Shown one piece after another: positions 13,601 through 26,301 of a stretch of 64,000 bases of DNA. The position numbers and the translations under genes were made by a program. Positions within the stretch are counted from its first letter, which is position 1. Every line of letters begins with the position of its first letter. Below the pieces are notes generated by a model. The model was not told the origin of the DNA and did no database searches. It saw only the letters and a list, made by a program, of their open reading frames with translations. This DNA is from Euglena gracilis (Eukaryota). The DNA lies in contig CP154954.1 in NCBI GenBank assembly GCA_039621445.1, positions 41,595,572 through 41,659,571 on the forward strand, in the 5' to 3' direction.

Positions 13601-14635
13601 CACCCCCAAATTCCAAAAAAAACCCTCCAAATGCTCAAAATATCAATAAATTTGATGTTTTAGAATCCAATTCTCCAAAACAATTGTCAAAAAAAGCCCA
13701 AATTCGCATTTTGAGGGCAAAACCAATCCACTGCCAAAAAGTGCCAAAGAGGCAAAAGGTAGCGCATTGGTGAAACATTTGGAAAAGCTTTGGAACGGGG
13801 GGCAACATGGACCCTCAAAAAACACGATGCAAAAAAAGGATTTCATTTTGTGTAAAAAAAGGAATTTTGTCACCAAAAAAAAATGCAAAATGGGGGAAAA
13901 AATTGCAAAAATTCTGGTCTCGGGGGGAAATCGGGGCCCCTTCAAACCTTGGCCCAAAAACACTTGTCTCGAAATCGGCCCAAACACGGCTTCAGGGGGT
14001 GGGCCTGGGTCACGGGGGGGGGGGGGGCACGGGCAGGGCAGAACGGGAAGGCCTGGTGGGGGGGGGGGGGGGGTCGACCACCCCCCACCAACCACAGCAT
14101 TTTCACCGATTTCGGGAAAACGGGGATTTTGGCCAGAAAAATTCTTGAAATTTTTTTTTTGAAAAATGAACCCAAAACACATGATTTTTTGATGGAAAAC
14201 CACATTCTTTTCACAAAAAATCTCAAAAAATTCAGGGTTAAAAAAAATTGGTAGTTTTCAGGAGGGGGTGGAAAATAACGAAGGTCAAAAAAAGTGGACC
14301 AAATTTTGGCACAGTCAAACTTTACTGCCATTTTTTCTTTGAAATTTTTTGGACTTTCAATGGCATTTTTTGCTTCAAAAACCTCTCAAAATCAAAAATT
14401 TGAGAAAATGTTGAATTGTTGGAAGGTGAGAAAAAAAAACAGGATTTTGGGGCTTTTTGAGACCCCCTATATGGGTCCCAAAATGGTCAAAAAAACACCC
14501 GGCACCGAAGGCACCGGAAAATTTTTTTTCGGGTCCAAAAATTGGTGCTCCCGGAAATACGGGAAGAGGTGGGGTGGGGGGCGGGGGGCGGGGGGGGGGG
14601 GGGGGGGGGTCAGGGGGGGTTTGGGGGGGGGGTGT

Positions 14636-16560
14636 AAGCTTCGCTCTTACTCTAAAAAGATAAGAGCTCAGCGACCAGGGTGTGACGTAGAGCTGAGCTC
14701 TTTGGGAGACCACCCCAGCCCGGCCCGGCCCGCGAAAAACGCTCATTTTCGGCTCAAAAACAGTTTTTCCGGGTCAGGGAGGCCAAAAAACATCATTTTG
14801 GGAAACAGAAAAGTTTCGATTTTTTTCGACTTTTTCGACCCGGTTTTGACCCAAAATCAATGGGTTTGCGACCCAAAACGTGGCGCTGGCGGTAGAAAAA
14901 CGCTCATTTTCGACCCAAAAATGCCTTTGATGGGTCCGGGAGGTCAAAAAACATGGTTTTATGCAAAAAAAAATTTTCGATTTTTTTTGACTTTTTTGGC
15001 CCGGTTTTGACCCAAAGTCAAAGGGTTGGCAGCATAAAAACGGGGCGCTGGAGGGTCGAAAAACGCTCATTTTTGGCTCAAAAACGGGTTTTCCGGTTCC
15101 GGGAGGTCAAAAATCATGATTTTGGGCAAAAAAAAATTTTTTGAATTTTTTTGACTTTTTGACCCAAAAATGGCTAAGTCCACCGGCCAGTGGGGCGGGC
15201 CCCAACCAGGGGGGGCATGGGGGGGGGGGGTCCGGGTCGGAAAAATTTTTTCGCCCAAAAACACTTTTTTTGATGTTCTGAAGTGAAAAAAAGTGTTTTT
15301 GAGCGAAAAAATTTTTTTCAAAATTTTGGGTCCCGACCTGCCACCCGACCTCGCCCTGCCGCCCTCGGACCCCTCGCAGGGGTCCCCGAACACCCAAAAC
15401 TGGCCCAAAATCGCACAACCAGACCCCGGGAACCCCAAAAAACGGTCAAAACCCCCCCCTAAACCTAATGATTGACCCCCTGGTTTGGGTCCCAACTCCT
15501 CGTCTAGCCCGGGATACAGGCAATTCACGGTTTCGGGCCCAAACAGGCCCGAAATGGCCAAAACTGGCCCAAAACCCCAAAATGGCCGTATCTCGGGCTA
15601 GGCGGGGAGTTGGCCCAAACCGCGGATACCGATCGATCGGGCGTCCCAAAGTTGTGGAAGGACGTCCTCTTTACTTTTCCGCAACTCCACAGCGTTTTCG
15701 AGATATTTTGAATTTTTCGATTTTTTGACCCCAAAATGACCCTGCAATTTCCCCGGAAAAAAAAAACGGTAGACAACTTTTTTGCTCGGGCCATATCTCC
15801 GGACTGGCGGGGAGTTACGGGTAACTGAAGGGCTCTGGAGAAACTAGGGACCCTCTCCTAACCTATAGGCTATTCACTTTGGGGGCCCGGAAATCCAATC
15901 ACATCGATAATCCTCGGGTGTCCCGACCTACCCAGGGGGGGGGCGGGGGGGGGGGCGGGGGGTCCGACCCCCCCTCCGGCTCCGGTGGTAAGCTTCGCTC
16001 TTACTCTAAAGAGATAAGAGCTCAGCGATAAGAGCTCAGCGACCAGGGTGTGACGTAGAGCTGAGCTCTTTGGGAGACCACCCCAGCCCGGCCCGGCCCG
16101 CGAAAAACGCTCATTTTCGGCTCAAAAACAGTTTTTCCGGGTCAGGGAGGCCAAAAAACATCATTTTGGGAAACAGAAAAGTTTCGATTTTTTTCGACTT
16201 TTTCGACCCGGTTTTGACCCAAAATCAATGGGTTTGCGACCCAAAACGTGGCGCTGGCGGTAGAAAAACACTCATTTTCGACCCAAAAATGCCTTTGATG
16301 GGTCCGGGAGGTCAAAAAACATGGTTTTATGCAAAAAAAAAATTTCGATTTTTTTCGACTTTTTTGGCCCGGTTTTGACCCAAAGTCAAAGGGTTGGCAG
16401 CATAAAAACGGGGCGCTGGAGGGTCGAAAAACGCTCATTTTTGGCTCAAAAACGGGTTTTCCGGTTCCGGGAGGTCAAAAATCATGATTTTGGGCAAAAA
16501 AAATTTTTGAATTTTTTTGACTTTTTGACCCAAAAATGGCTAAGTCCACCGGCCAGTGGG
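14636..16560. repeat. Direct duplication of ~560 bp (14636-15193 and ~15989-16560)
   Basis: Near-identical blocks beginning with the element-end motif AAGCTTCGCTCTTACTCTAAA...GATAAGAGCTCAGCGACC. Confidence 0.9.
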
Positions 16561-16868
16561 GCCCCAATATTTAGACTGGGGGGGGGGGGTACTGGCTAGT
16601 CGACCGACTAGTCGGTCGACTAGCCAGTACCCCTACCGACTAGTCGACCGACTAGTCGGTGGCCTAGTCGGTTCCAGGGGGGGGGGACTGGCTATGGGAG
16701 CAACTGGCTAGTCGGTCGACTAGTCGGTCGACTAGTCGACCGACTAGCCACTCTAATGTACCAAAAGGGGGGGTCACCGACCTTTTAAGCCCCCCCCCCC
16801 AACATTGATTTGCCTTGTTTTGAACTAGAATTTCAAAGAAAACACGTCTAAAGCCTTCAAAGTTGTCA

Positions 16869-18261
16869 ACACAAAGGATTTTGTTATTTTGGGGCCCCGG
16901 GACAGTTGAGCAACAAAAGGGATTGGCTTCCAAAACGGTTCGGCAACACAAGGGATTTTGTTATTTTGGGGCCCTGGGACAGTTGAGCAACAAAAGGGAT
17001 TGGCTTCCAAAACGGTTCGGCAACACAAGGGATTTTGTTATTTTGGGGCCCTGGGACAGTTGAGCAACAAAAGGGATTGGCTTCCAAAACGGTTCGGCAA
17101 CACAAGGGATTTTGTTATTTTGGGGCCCTGGGACAGTTGAGCAACAAAAGGGATTGGCTTCCAAAACGGTTCGGCAACACAAGGGATTTTGTTATTTTGG
17201 GGCCCTGGAACAGTTGAGCAACAAAAGGGATTGGCTTCCAAAACGGTTCGGCAACACAAGGGATTTTGTTATTTTGGGGCCCTGCAACAGTTGAGCAACA
17301 AAAGGGATTGGCTTCCAAAACGGTTCGGCAACACAAGGGATTTTGTTATTTTGGGGCCCTGGGGCAGTTGAGCAACAAAAGGAATTGGCTTCCAAAACGG
17401 TTCGGCAACACAAGGGATTTTGTTATTTTGGGGCCCCGGAACATTTGAGCAACAAAAGGGATTGGCTTCCAAAACGGTTCGGCAACACAAAGGATTTTGT
17501 TATTTTGGGGCCCTGGGACAGTTGAGCAACAAAAGGAATTGGCTTCCAAAACGGTTCGGCAACACAAGGGATTTTGTTATTTTGGGGCCCCGGAACAATT
17601 GAGCAACAAAAGGGATTGGCTTCCAAAACGGTTCGGCAACACAAGGGATTTTGTTATTTTGGGGCCCCGGGACAGTTGAGCAACAAAAGGGATTGGCTTC
17701 CAAAACGGTTCGGCAACACAAGGGATTTTGTTATTTTGGGGCCCCGGGACAGTTGAGCAACAAAAGGGATTGGCTTCCAAAACGGTTCGGCAACACAAGG
17801 GATTTTGTTATTTTGGAGCCCCGGGACAGTTGAGCAACAAAAGGGATTGGCTTCCAAAACGGTTCGGCAACACAAGGGATTTTGTTATTTTGGGGCCCCG
17901 GGACAGTTGAGCAACAAAAGGAATTGGCTTCCAAAACGGTTCGGCAACACAAGGGATTTTGTTATTTTGGGGCCCCGGAACAATTGAGCAACAAAAGGGA
18001 TTGGCTTCCAAAACGGTTCGGCAACACAAGGGATTTTGTTATTTTGGGGCCCTGGAACAGTTGAGCAACAAAAGGGATTGGCTTCCAAAACGGTTCGGCA
18101 ACACAAGGGATTTTGTTATTTTGGGGCCCCGGGACAGTTGAGCAACAAAAGGGATTGGCTTCCAAAACGGTTCGGCAACACAAGGGATTTTGTTATTTTG
18201 GAGCCCCGGGACAGTTGAGCAACAAAAGGGATTGGCTTCCAAAACGGTTCGGCAACACAAG
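16869..18261. repeat. Tandem satellite, 18 x 77 bp
   Basis: Unit GGGATTTTGTTATTTTGGGGCCCTGGGACAGTTGAGCAACAAAAGGGATTGGCTTCCAAAACGGTTCGGCAACACAA; no unique spacers. Confidence 0.97.
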
Positions 18262-21200
18262 TGGGGGGGGTGGTCGACCCCCCCCACCATGCAGAGGGTG
18301 GGGTGGGGGGTGGTCGACCTCCCCCACCCACAACCCTGGCTGTTCGGTCGACTCCTGTTCTGCCCTGGTCACTTTGGATGGATGATTTTGCAAAAAGAAT
18401 TTCATTGCAATTCCAATTCATTACGGCTTTCTGAAAATGAGAGGGAAATGATGGCTCCGTGCAGAACATTGGCCATGCTACTTCTGGTGGTCGGGCCGAC
18501 CTTGGTCGGGGGGGGGGGGTTGTATGGGACGCGGGGGGGGACGGTGGGGGGGGGGACGTGGGGGGGGGGATGTGGGGGAGATGCCCCTCCAGAAGCCGAA
18601 TTTTTTCCATTGTTAACGGCGCCCCCCCCCCTTAGCCCCGATGTGCCTGGCTGTCCCAACAAAAAATTCACTCAAAATAGCGATTTTTTTTCAGGGTCAA
18701 AAAGGGATCCCAAATGGTCGTTTTTTGACAAAAAAAAAGCAAAAATGGGCCGCGCGCATAGCGCGCGGCCGGTTTCATCGAATTTTGACCAAAAAAACCC
18801 ACAAAAATAACCAAAAAAGGACTTTTTGGGGACTCCAGGCGCCCGCAGCACTTCTATCTTCTTTCATTGGCCACTAGAAATCAAGAATTTGAGCACTCAA
18901 AGTCTCGACTAGGGACTCTCTCATCAACATTTGGAAACAACAATAAGGAAATCAGGCATTTGCCACCCAGAATTAGAAATTAGCAAACACAAAAAGTTTG
19001 CACTCATGAATTTGGCATTTACTCCAAAAATTAGGAGTTTGCAAAAGAAATTGGCACCCAAAATTAGGCATTTGCTTCCAAATTTCGGAGTTTGCAGCTC
19101 AAATTAGGCATTTGCCTCCGAAACTTTGGAGTTGACACCCAAAATTTCGGCACCACCCAAAAATTATGATTTTACCCCAAAAATTAGGCATTTGCAGTTT
19201 GCACCTAAAAATTAGGTAGACCAAAAAATTGGATATCACACCCAATATTTGGAATTTCCCTTAAAATTAGGAATCCGCATCCCAAATTAGGCATTACTCA
19301 CTCAAAGCTAGGAATTGGCCCACCAAATTAGGTATTTGACAATCAAAATTGCCGTCAGCCAGCCGTCGGCCAGCCGTGTCCAAGATGGAGAACAAATGCT
19401 TCAATTGGTCCTTGGACAACTTGCATTTTTCTTCTTCCTTTCTTTTCCCTTCTCTCTCTTCGGTACTTGTTCGCTAAGCGACCCCCACCGAAATTTTTCT
19501 AAGTCGGAATTCTTAGGGTTATTGAAGGAGTATGTTCTGAACAGCCGGCTGCAGCCCAACCCAAAAATTTCAAGGCTTCAAAAATACTTGTTACTATCCG
19601 GCCGAACCGCTACTGAAATTTTTCTAAGTCGGTTAATGAAGGAGTTGGGTTAGGGTCAGGGTTAGGGTTTGATTTGGCTGTTTTTCACCATTTTTTTTTG
19701 AATTTGGGATGTTTTTTTGACGTTTTTCGGGATATTTGAATGTGTTTCCGTTCATTTTGAACTGAAATAAGAGAATCGAATTTTTGAGGGGGGGGCTGAA
19801 ATTTCCAAAAAGCGGGGGTATTGCAGTACAGTGGTGGTCGGGCCGACCAGGTCGGCCCGACCACCATAGGTCGATAAGCCATGGCCAATGGGGGTGTCTC
19901 CCCCGCGTCCCCCCCGCGTCCCCCCCCCCCGCGTCCCCCCCAGGTTACGATTTCGGCCAGAAGTTAGGCCAAAGTGCTGCCCTAACTTTGGTCCCAAAGT
20001 TAGTCCAGAAGTTAGGCCTAAATTGGTTTTTTTGGTGATTTTGGTTTAATTTGGGGCTCATTGTTGGAAATTTTTCTCAGTCCTTTTTCCCTTAGGAATG
20101 TACAGACTCAGCGCATTTTTTGCGCATTTTTTTGCGCATTTTTGCGCATTTTTGCGCATTTTTTCCGAGGGCCGCCCAGCGCATTCCCCCCCCTGCACCT
20201 CAGGTGTGGGATTTTGCAAATTAAGATGTCAAATTTTGGAATACACGATCGCTGAAAATAAGCGCTGTGTGCATCATGGCTGAATCCTGTGGCCATCTGT
20301 CAAAAGCCCTTGGGAAGAGCTTTCGATTGATGGGTAACATGGCACCAGACCTGTGAAAACTTCAATGGGCCGATCGACATGGCTATGCGCCCAAAGGAGC
20401 CCAAAAGGTGCTCCAAAATGTTCAGAAACTGGGTATTTGGGGCGAAATTGGCCGTGATTCCTTGAACGCCGGTTTGGGCGTGAAGCCAGAGAGAGCCCCT
20501 AATCCACGGTTTCAACAACTGTGTCCAGAACACGGTTCGGGCGTGAAGCCGTGTTTCAGAACGCCGGTTCGGGTTTGGAGTTTGATGGGATTGAGAGCAC
20601 CTAAAACCAACCCAAAAATTCCTTATTTCTCTCTTTGTCCCAAGAATCCTTTACAAATAGTGCCATGACACTGTACTGAAACCGTGTATTGGGGCTCTGG
20701 CTTCACGCCCGAACCGGCGTTCCGGAGTCTGGGGGACCCAAAATAAAAAGTGCCAAAAAGTGTCCAAAAGGGTTTGTAGACATGTGGCAATCATATCTGA
20801 GCAGTTTTTTGGGGGGTATTTGGCCAGAAATTGGGGTATTTTGTGGAACAATTTCCATTTGGCCAAATTTGGGGAATTTCTGAAATAGAGTGCCATGCAG
20901 CACGGCTGAAATCTAAGGCCATCTGCTGAAAGTCCTTGAGAAGGGCTATCGATCAAGAGGCAACATGGCAGGTGGACAGTGGATTTTAGAATTTGCGAAA
21001 AGGGTCGGAATATGCGATTGGCGATTTTCAGGGCGCTATGCAGTGTGGTCTGAGGCTACCAAGCGAAGTCTTGGGGAGAGCTTTCGATTGATATGCTGCA
21101 CCCTGAGGTGTGGGATTTCACAAAATTAAGATGTCAAATTTTGGAATACACGATCGCTGAAAATAAGCGCTGTGTGCATCATGGCTGAATCCTGTGGCCA

Positions 21201-21420
21201 TCTGTCAAAAGCCCTTGGGAAGAGCTTTCGATTGATGGGTAACATGGCACCAGACGCATGAAAACTTCAGTTGGCCAATCGGCATGGCCATGAGCCCAAA
21301 GGAGCCCAAAAGGTGCTCCAAAATGTTCAGAAACTGGGTATTTGGGGCGAAATTGGCCGTGATTCCTTGGACGCCGGTTCGGGCGTGAAGCCAGAGAGAG
21401 CCCCTAATCCACGGTTTCTA

Positions 21421-21530
21421 TACAAAAATCGACCGACACTAACAGATTCAGCAGGGGCGCCGGGCGCGAGCGAGCGAAGCGAGCCGCCCGGCGCCCCTGC
21501 TGAATCTGTTAGTGTCGGTCGATTTTTGTA
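21421..21530. repeat. Perfect hairpin (46-bp arms, 18-nt loop CGAGCGAGCGAAGCGAGC)
   Basis: Arms 21421-21466 and 21485-21530 are exact reverse complements. Confidence 0.95.
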
Positions 21531-21628
21531 AAACCTATTTTGTCTGGGCCCGACGCCTGTTTTGAAATTCATTCGACCGAACTGCCTGGACGGAAATATG
21601 GCCAAAAAAGTGGTTTTTGGCCCATTAA

Positions 21629-21783
21629 CGGGCGCCTGAATGGAAATCGACTGACATAAACGGGCGCCTGAATGGAAATCGACCGACATAAACGGGCGCC
21701 TGAATGGAAATCGACCGACATAAACGGGCTCCTGAATGGAAATCGACTGACATAAACGGATTCCGATGTCATGGAAATCGACC
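21629..21783. repeat. 32-bp tandem repeat (about 4.5 copies; more at ~22455-22542)
   Basis: CGGGCGCCTGAATGGAAATCGAC(C/T)GACATAAA; shares AAATCGACCGACA with the adjacent hairpin arm. Confidence 0.9.
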
Positions 21784-24309
21784 AACCTTTTGTGTCCTTT
21801 TCTGAATGCCTTTTTGTTCCGTTTTGGGACATTGTCAATTTCAACCTGAAATCCGTTATGTCGACCAACCTTTTTTCTCATTTTTCTGAATGCTTTTTGC
21901 TTCCATTTTGACAGAACAGAATAATAACAATAGAAATTCCAATACAGGCGTCGAGCCCAGAAAACAGGTTTTAACAGTTGCCACCCCTCACCAGAAAGCT
22001 TTTCTTTCAGACGACCAGCGATGACAACTGAATCGGGCCAAAACATTATAATCGAAAGTTCCGTCCTTCCGTCCGTTCCATCCAAAATTCAGCCAGCTGT
22101 GATCACCTGACCCCCTCCCCCTCCCACCCCCTCCAAAAAAAATTCATCCAAATATGAACGAAAATGATTCGAAACCCACCCAAATGCCTTCTAAAACCCC
22201 CAACCCGACCACCAATGGTCAGTGGCCATGGTCGCCAGCGACTAGTCGCTAGCGACCATGGTCGCTAGGGACCAGTCGCTAGCGACCACCAAAAAAATCT
22301 ATCACCAGTTTCCCGCAATGAGCCGCAAAATTTGTTTTTTTGTCTGGTCCATAACGCCTCCAGAACCCCACAGGGCCAAAAATGTCGAAAAAAAAAGGAA
22401 ATCCAAAATGTCCAAAAGTCACTAAAAATTCCCAATCTGACCAGCAACAGATTTCAATGGAATGGAAATCGACCGACATAAACGGGCGCCTGAATGGAAA
22501 TTGACCGACATAAACGGGCGCCTGAATGGAAATCGACTGACACAAACAATTTCAGGCTGAAATCCGTTAATGTCAGTAGAATTTCAAGACAGGCGTCGGG
22601 CCCAGAAAATAGGTTTTAACAATTGTGCCAAAACGCCGCGCCGGTTCGGGCGTGAAACAAGAACGCCGGTTTGGGCGGCCGCCCGAACCGGCGGTCTGGT
22701 TCTGGAACATTTCACGCCCAAACCGGCGTTCTGGACACAGTTTTCGTATCAGTTCCCATCCCCCCTATGGGAACAGTAAGGGGGGGAACAGTAAAGGGGG
22801 GGGGCATGGTAAGCTGGGGCGACTTGGTGGCAATACGACGCATGGCCGTCCTTGCCTTGCTCACACAAGGGGATTTCTTTATTGGGGGGGCGGGGGCGGG
22901 GGCGGGAGCATCCCCGCCAGTCGAAGGCACCTTGCAAAAAAAAATGCTTGCTGATGGCGGATGGATGCCTTGCTGATGGCGTTTTCCTGTTGCCAAAAAG
23001 TTTTTTTGACGTTATTCGAAGGAGCAGGGTTAGGGTTACGATTCTTATCCAAACAGCAGAACATTTCCCACTCAACGTTGTTAGATTGGTCTCTACAAAG
23101 CACCCAGCGAACCCAAAGAGCCGCCCAACAAGGGTTAAAAACATGGGGGGACCCTCGCTCGGTGCTTTCTGCGCCTCGCTCGGGTCCCCCCATGTGTATT
23201 AACCCTAGTTTGGCGGTTCTTTGGGGTAGCTGGTACCTTGCAGGGGCCAATTTACCATGCCCCCCCCCGAGCGGCTCCGTGCGGATGATGACGATCCCCG
23301 ATCCTTTACAAATAGTGCCATGACACTGTACTGAAAGCGTGTATTGGGGCTCTGGCTTCACGCCCGTACCGGCGTTCTGGACGCCAGTTCACCGCAGAAA
23401 TTTTTGTGCCGAACCGGCGTTCTGGACGGGCGGGAAGATGGCGTCCAGGGGACCGAAAATAAAAAGTGCAAAAAACCGTTCAAAATGGTTAGTAGACACG
23501 TGGCAATCACATCTGAGTAGCTTTTGGGGGGTATTTGGCCAGATATATGGGGTATTTTGTGCAATAATTTCCATTTGGCCAAATTTGGGGAATTTTTGAA
23601 ATAGAATACCATGCAGCAGGGCTGGAATCTAAGGCCATCTGCTGAAAGCCCTTGAGAAGAGCTTTCGATCGATGGGCAACATGGCTGGTGAAACATAGGA
23701 ATTTCGACTTTGCAAACAGGGTTGAAAAATGCGATCGCCGATTTTCAGAGTGCTCTGCAGTGTAGCTGAGTTCTGAGGGTACCAAGCGAAAGGTCTTGGG
23801 GAGAGCTTTCGATTGATGGCACCTGCAGGGGGGGAAATGCGCTTCGCATTTTTTCGCATTTTTTGCGCATTTTTTGCGCATTTTCCGGATTTTTGGGAAA
23901 ATGCGCATTTTTGCGCTTTTTTTTCGATTTTTTTCGCGCATTTTTTGCATCTTAAGAATTTACGGCTTTTTTTATATGTTGCAGTTTCATTTTGGTTTTT
24001 TTAATTTTGATTGTATATTATCAAATTGCTCCTTGACCAATGTTGCATTGACGCTGAGTTATGTTGTTTGATTTGTGCTCTATTCTGCCCCTTTTTGAAA
24101 GAATTTTTTCGCATTTTTTGCGCTTTTTTCCATTTCCCCACCTTTTTTTACACTTTTTGGAGGCATTTTGTCCATATTCAAGAAAAAACCTTTGGGTGAT
24201 GAGGTGTGGGTACTCATCCAATGATGATGGGGACACTAGGTTTTCAGAGACCCCGCATCGAATCCTTCTCCCCTGGTCACAAGTACGGGGCACCATGGCT
24301 GATACGGCC

Positions 24310-24717
24310 ATAGTTGGCTTTTTTTGTTCTTTAAAAAAAAAACAACGTGTTTTTTTTGAAAAAAACGCCAAAAAAAAACATCAAAAAAAAACAAAACGAA
24401 AATTTCATTGAAAAAACTCGTTATGAAACACCCAAACCATACTTCGAATCCTACTGAGCTCAAAAATTGCCAAAAAAAATGGTCAAAAACATGCGAAAAA
24501 ATGCAAAAAAAAAATTGCAACTTTATGACTTTTTCATTTTTTTGTGCAAGGAAATTTTTGGCAGAAATGACCCAAAGCTTGCCAAAAATGATTGAAAATA
24601 TGCATTCAAAATTTTTTTCCGACCAAAACCTTGTTAGCGTTTATTTTTTTAAAAACATTGTTAAAATTAAAAAAAAACAAAAAAACAGCGTCCAAAAAAA
24701 ACAAGCTGTCAACTATG
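24310..24717. mobile_element. AT-rich MITE (CATAGTTG...CAACTATG), homologous to ~33450-33848
   Basis: Short TIRs and ~350 bp of clear similarity between the two copies; TSD degenerate. Confidence 0.6.
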
Positions 24718-26301
24718 AGGTCGGCCCGACCTCCAATGGTCGATAAGCCATAGCCAATGGTCGGCCCGACCATGGTCGGCACCACCTGACATTGTTGGTT
24801 ATGGTGAACAGAGAGTGACGCCTTGCTCGTGCATTTTTTTGGCCAAAAATGCCTTCATTTCAGCTCCCCCGGGGAACAGCTCGAGGGGGGACCTTGGTCC
24901 CCCCCCCCCCCGAGCTATTCCCATACCCTCGGACCGCCCAAAGGGGTCATTTTTGGCAACTTTTTTTGGATGTTCGCAAAAAATGGGGGGGGTGTTCCCC
25001 CTGGCGTTAATCCGTAGCCAAAAAGAATTTCTGACGTTATTTGAAGGAGTAGGGTTAGGTTTACGATTATTATGCAAACAGCAGAACATTTCCCGCTCAA
25101 TGTTGTTAGATTGGTCTCTACAAAGCACCCAGCGAACCCAAAGAGCCGCCTAACTGGGGTTAAAAGCATGGGGGGACCCGAGCGAGTCGCCGAAGGCGCC
25201 GAGCGAGGGTTCCCCCATGTGTATTAACCCTAGTTGGGCGGCTCTTTGGGGTAGCTGGTACCTTGTAGGGGCCAATTTATCACGTTTGTGAACAACCGGC
25301 TGCAGCCCCCAAAATTTTTCGGGCTTCAAAACGTTGCTGGGGCGGGCTGCTCTTAGGGGTACGTGTTAGTATGCGACCGCCACTGAAAATTATGTCGTTG
25401 ATTGGAGGTTGGGCCGACAAAAAAAGGAAAAACCCTCCTCCTACAGCCTCCTACGGGGGGGCACGAGCTCCCCGCCCCTTTCTGTTCCCATGGGCCATGG
25501 GCTGACCAACCAAGTTAGACCCAAAAGGCCACCTAAAATTCCAAAAATGAAGTTTTTTGGTTCACATGCTTGAAATTGCACCTCCACAACATCGATTGGC
25601 GTTGGTTTGGAGTTTGACGGGATTGAGAGCACCTAAAACCGACCCAAAAATTCCTTATTTCTCTCTTTGCCCCAGAGGGCCACAGGACGGGAACAGCAAG
25701 GGGGGGCATGGTATAGGTAAATGCTAAAACAGCACTTCTTCATGTTCCATAGGGTTTGGCAAGGGTTTGGATGCTTCCAAAATGGAAAACTATAGAGGTC
25801 GTTTCTACCGACCACATGGTCGGCAAGAACATCAGGTCGGGCCGACCAGGTCGGACCGACCTACAGTCAAAAGTCCTTTGAAAATCCTTTGGGGGATGTT
25901 GTGGTACAGTGGCCATTTCTGTCGACCACCAGAGGTCGATTACAGATGGTCGGGCCAACCTAGGTCGGCCCGACCACCAGAAGTAGCAAGGCCAATATTC
26001 CACCTGGGGCTGGAAATGATGACGTATGCCTCCTGTGATCACAAATGGCGGTAAGATGAACGGGTTTCATTTGCAACCTGCACAAATTCAAAACATTCAT
26101 AAAATAACCAAAAATGTAGCAGAGGGCAAATCTTGGGGGGGAGCAAGAAAAACAAGTAATATGCCCAAAAGCCACTTGAAATACCTCTTTCCATTATTTT
26201 TTCATAAATGGATTTGGAATTGAACCCCCCAAAAAAACTGGCAGTGCACCGGCATTGCCAACCCCCTCAGGAGCTCAGACAGGATACACGCGACCTTGCT
26301 T

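Larger units (their letters stand above)
1..14033. repeat. Tandem array of a ~3.88-kb composite unit (about 3.6 copies, starts before the window)
   Basis: Unit starts at 1, 3881, 7760, 11652; near-identical sequence differing mostly in homopolymer lengths plus a few diagnostic indels; the last copy breaks off at ~14033. Confidence 0.97.
14034..18367. mobile_element. Composite CAG...CTG-ended element carrying the 77-bp satellite
   Basis: TIR CAGGGCAGAAC(G/A)GG at both ends with GTCGAC-centred subterminal motifs; TSD only partial (GGCACGGG vs GTCACTTT); internal 14161-14440 resembles 53005-53490. Confidence 0.55.
20196..23825. repeat. Degenerate ~0.9-kb direct repeats broken up by nested insertions
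   Basis: 20200-20512 matches 21105-21417; 20645-21090 matches 23301-23815. Confidence 0.8.

Noticed and set aside
16869-18261. CRISPR-like array
   Set aside because: Whole 77-bp units repeat with only point variants; no unique spacers, no cas genes, eukaryotic context.
19645-19668. Telomere (TTAGGG-like repeats; also ~276-288 and the window end)
   Set aside because: Only 2-4 imperfect units embedded in dispersed repeats.
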